DNA of 64,000 nucleotides, taken from contig JAEYSQ010000082.1 of NCBI GenBank assembly GCA_023434465.1, positions 1,176 to 65,175 on the forward strand, in the 5' to 3' direction. Positions 62,528-64,000 of this stretch are shown here, piece by piece. Position numbers and translations under genes: made by a program. The notes beneath the pieces are model-generated. The model saw only the letters and a program-made list of their open reading frames with translations. It was not told where the DNA came from and searched no databases. The DNA comes from Actinomycetes bacterium (GTDB lineage Bacteria; Actinomycetota; Thermoleophilia; Solirubrobacterales; 70-9). Numbering within the stretch: position 1 is the first letter of the stretch; each line of letters starts with the position of its first letter.

Positions 62528-63454
62528 ATTCCGGTCATCGAGGCAAAGGCACCTTCAGGAGCGCAGTACGAGATCGCCTTCGGGCAGCAGACCGCGACGA
62601 TCGTCGAAGTGGGAGGCGGCATCCGGACTTACGAGGTCGCCGGCCGCCCGGTCCTTGACCCGTACCCGGTCGAGCAGATCTGTGATGGCGCCCACGGCGC
62701 GCCGCTGGTCCCCTGGCCGAACCGTCTCGACCGCGGCCGGTACGAATTCGAAGACCGGCGGTTCCAGCTGCCGCTGACCGAGCCGGAGCAAAACAACGCC
62801 ATTCACGGCTTCCTGCGCTGGGTTCCCTGGTCGGTGGGCGAACGCAGGGAATCGAAGATCGTCATGGAGGCTGCAATCGCTCCCCGTCCCGGCTACCCGT
62901 TCGCGCTGACCGTGAGTGTCGGTTACGAAATTGGAGAACACGGGTTGCGGGTGACCACCGCGGTCACCAACGAGGGCGAGGAAACCTGCCCGGTCGGTCA
63001 CGGTCAGCATCCGTATCTTTCCGCGGGCGGCGGTTTGATCGACGATTGCCAGCTCGAACTCCCGGGCCGGGTCAGGATCCTCACCGACGAGCGCCAGCTT
63101 CCGGCCGGCCGCGAAGTGGTCGCCGGTACCCCTTTCGACTTCCTGGAGGCGAGACGGATCGGGGAGGACGAAATCGATTTCGCCTTCACCGACCTGATCC
63201 GGGACCGGGATGGCAAAGCATGGACCAGGCTCACCCGGCCCGACGGATCGGTGGCTTCGATCTGGGTCGATCACTCGTACTCGCTGGTCGAGATCTATAC
63301 GGGACACACTCTGGCCGCAGGAAGAGCCCGGAAGGGACTCGGAACCGAACCGATGACCTGCGCGCCCGATGCGTTCAACAACGGCGAGGGTCTGATTCGA
63401 CTCGGTCCCGGGGAGACGGCCTCGGCCACCTGGGGAGCGATCCTCGAGACCTGA
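62528..63454 (+). CDS. aldose 1-epimerase family protein
   Basis: GAPLVPWPNRLDRGRYEF, EPEQNNAIHGFLRW, HPYL, EPMTCAPDAFN. The conserved first strand (YEIAFGQQTATIVEVGGG) lies upstream of the first canonical start (GTG 62609), so ATT 62528 or ATC 62537 is proposed; see the finding. Confidence 0.75.
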   Translation: MPVIEAKAPSGAQYEIAFGQQTATIVEVGGGIRTYEVAGRPVLDPYPVEQICDGAHGAPLVPWPNRLDRGRYEFEDRRFQLPLTEPEQNNAIHGFLRWVPWSVGERRESKIVMEAAIAPRPGYPFALTVSVGYEIGEHGLRVTTAVTNEGEETCPVGHGQHPYLSAGGGLIDDCQLELPGRVRILTDERQLPAGREVVAGTPFDFLEARRIGEDEIDFAFTDLIRDRDGKAWTRLTRPDGSVASIWVDHSYSLVEIYTGHTLAAGRARKGLGTEPMTCAPDAFNNGEGLIRLGPGETASATWGAILET

Positions 63455-63457
63455 CCG

Positions 63458-64000
63458 ATGGCTCACGAGCAGACCTTCCTGATCCTCGGCGCGACCGGTG
63501 ATTTGACCGCCAGGCTGCTCCTGCCCGGCCTCGCTTCCCTGGTCGACTCCGGCGGGGCCGGCGACCTGCTGCTTGTCGGCAGCAGCAACCAGGACCTCGG
63601 CGATGAAGAGTGGCAAGCAAAGGTGCGGGAATCAGCAGCCGGGAGTGGCGGGGAGGCGAGCGCGCGACTGGCCGGTTCGAGCTTTTTCGCGAAGGCCGAC
63701 GCAACCGACCCGACGCAGCTGAAAGCCCTGCTCGAAAGGACCGAAGGCGATCTGATCATCTACTTCGCCCTACCTCCGGAGGTGTCGATCGCTACCTGCG
63801 AGGCGCTGCATGAGATCGGCTGCCCGCCGGGTACCCGACTGGCCCTGGAGAAGCCTTTCGGCCGGGACGAGAAGTCGGCAGCAGCGTTCAACGAGCTGCT
63901 CTCGAAGATCGTGCCCGAGGACCAGGTCTTCCGGGTCGATCACTTCCTCGGGTTCTCGACCGTGTTGAACATCGTCGGCCTCAGGTTCGCGCACCGCGTG
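63458..64000 (+). CDS. glucose-6-phosphate dehydrogenase-family protein, N-terminal 181 codons (runs off the right edge)
   Basis: Absent from the ORF track because it has no stop in the window. My translation gives MAHEQTFLILGATGDLTARLLLPGL...LALEKPFGRD...FRVDHFLGFSTVLNIVGLRFA, i.e. the GATGDL, EKPFG and RxDHxLG motifs of Zwf. The conserved Lys after HxLG is Phe here. Confidence 0.8.
   Translation, partial: MAHEQTFLILGATGDLTARLLLPGLASLVDSGGAGDLLLVGSSNQDLGDEEWQAKVRESAAGSGGEASARLAGSSFFAKADATDPTQLKALLERTEGDLIIYFALPPEVSIATCEALHEIGCPPGTRLALEKPFGRDEKSAAAFNELLSKIVPEDQVFRVDHFLGFSTVLNIVGLRFAHRV

Noticed and set aside
1-64000. Search by eye for tRNA/rRNA genes, CRISPR repeats, IS ends or transposases, integrases, phage or toxin-antitoxin modules
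   Set aside because: None found. Intergenic gaps are almost all under 150 bp. The two larger gaps are explained by the recA leader with its LexA box and by the c-di-AMP riboswitch.

Overview
This is a GC-rich, gene-dense 64-kb chromosomal segment with few gaps over 150 bp. It reads as core genome of a high-GC Gram-positive, Actinomycetota-like organism; the taxon is inferred from gene content and synteny only. I saw no rRNA, tRNA, CRISPR array, IS element, integrase or phage gene.

Gene order, left to right:
- Partial histidine kinase and OmpR-type regulator (-).
- ftsK, cinA, recA (with a perfect LexA/Cheo box), recX, rny, a small membrane protein, miaB, miaA, a dapF-like gene, a DapL-type aminotransferase.
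- An epimerase (-), hflX, dut.
- A five-gene overlapping minus-strand operon: methyltransferase, lipid kinase, murT, methyltransferase, gatD.
- Cyclophilin, hydrolase, FGE-family protein, membrane proteins.
- TetR with P450, and MMPL with TetR.
- A c-di-AMP (ydaO-class) riboswitch in front of an NlpC/P60 gene.
- rpiA; then on the minus strand an aldehyde dehydrogenase, treT and an ABC-2 exporter.
- csbD, DUF2277, hydrolase, MBL hydrolase, and a large Vps62-like membrane protein.
- TetR with a crotonase.
- A CsoR-controlled copper operon: unknown His-rich protein, copA, csoR.
- AraC, VOC and a short UvrA paralogue.
- An NHEJ locus: stand-alone LigD-type polymerase and ligase, two tandem Ku genes, and a small Rho_N protein.
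- Assorted redox and hydrolase genes, bacterial topoisomerase IB, an APC permease, an aldose epimerase and the start of a Zwf-like gene.

Many neighbouring genes share ATGA/TTGA stop-start overlaps, which suggests translational coupling.

Most interesting observations:
1. The DapF homologue has both catalytic cysteines replaced by serine.
2. A SAM methyltransferase is wedged between murT and gatD.
3. Two diverged Ku paralogues are followed by a protein that shares the second Ku's tail module.
4. The riboswitch abuts the Shine-Dalgarno of a gene with no canonical start codon. Two further conserved genes also begin upstream of any ATG/GTG/TTG.
5. An AraC-VOC-UvrA2 operon.

All family calls come from motifs I recognise by eye. 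No searches or computations were run.
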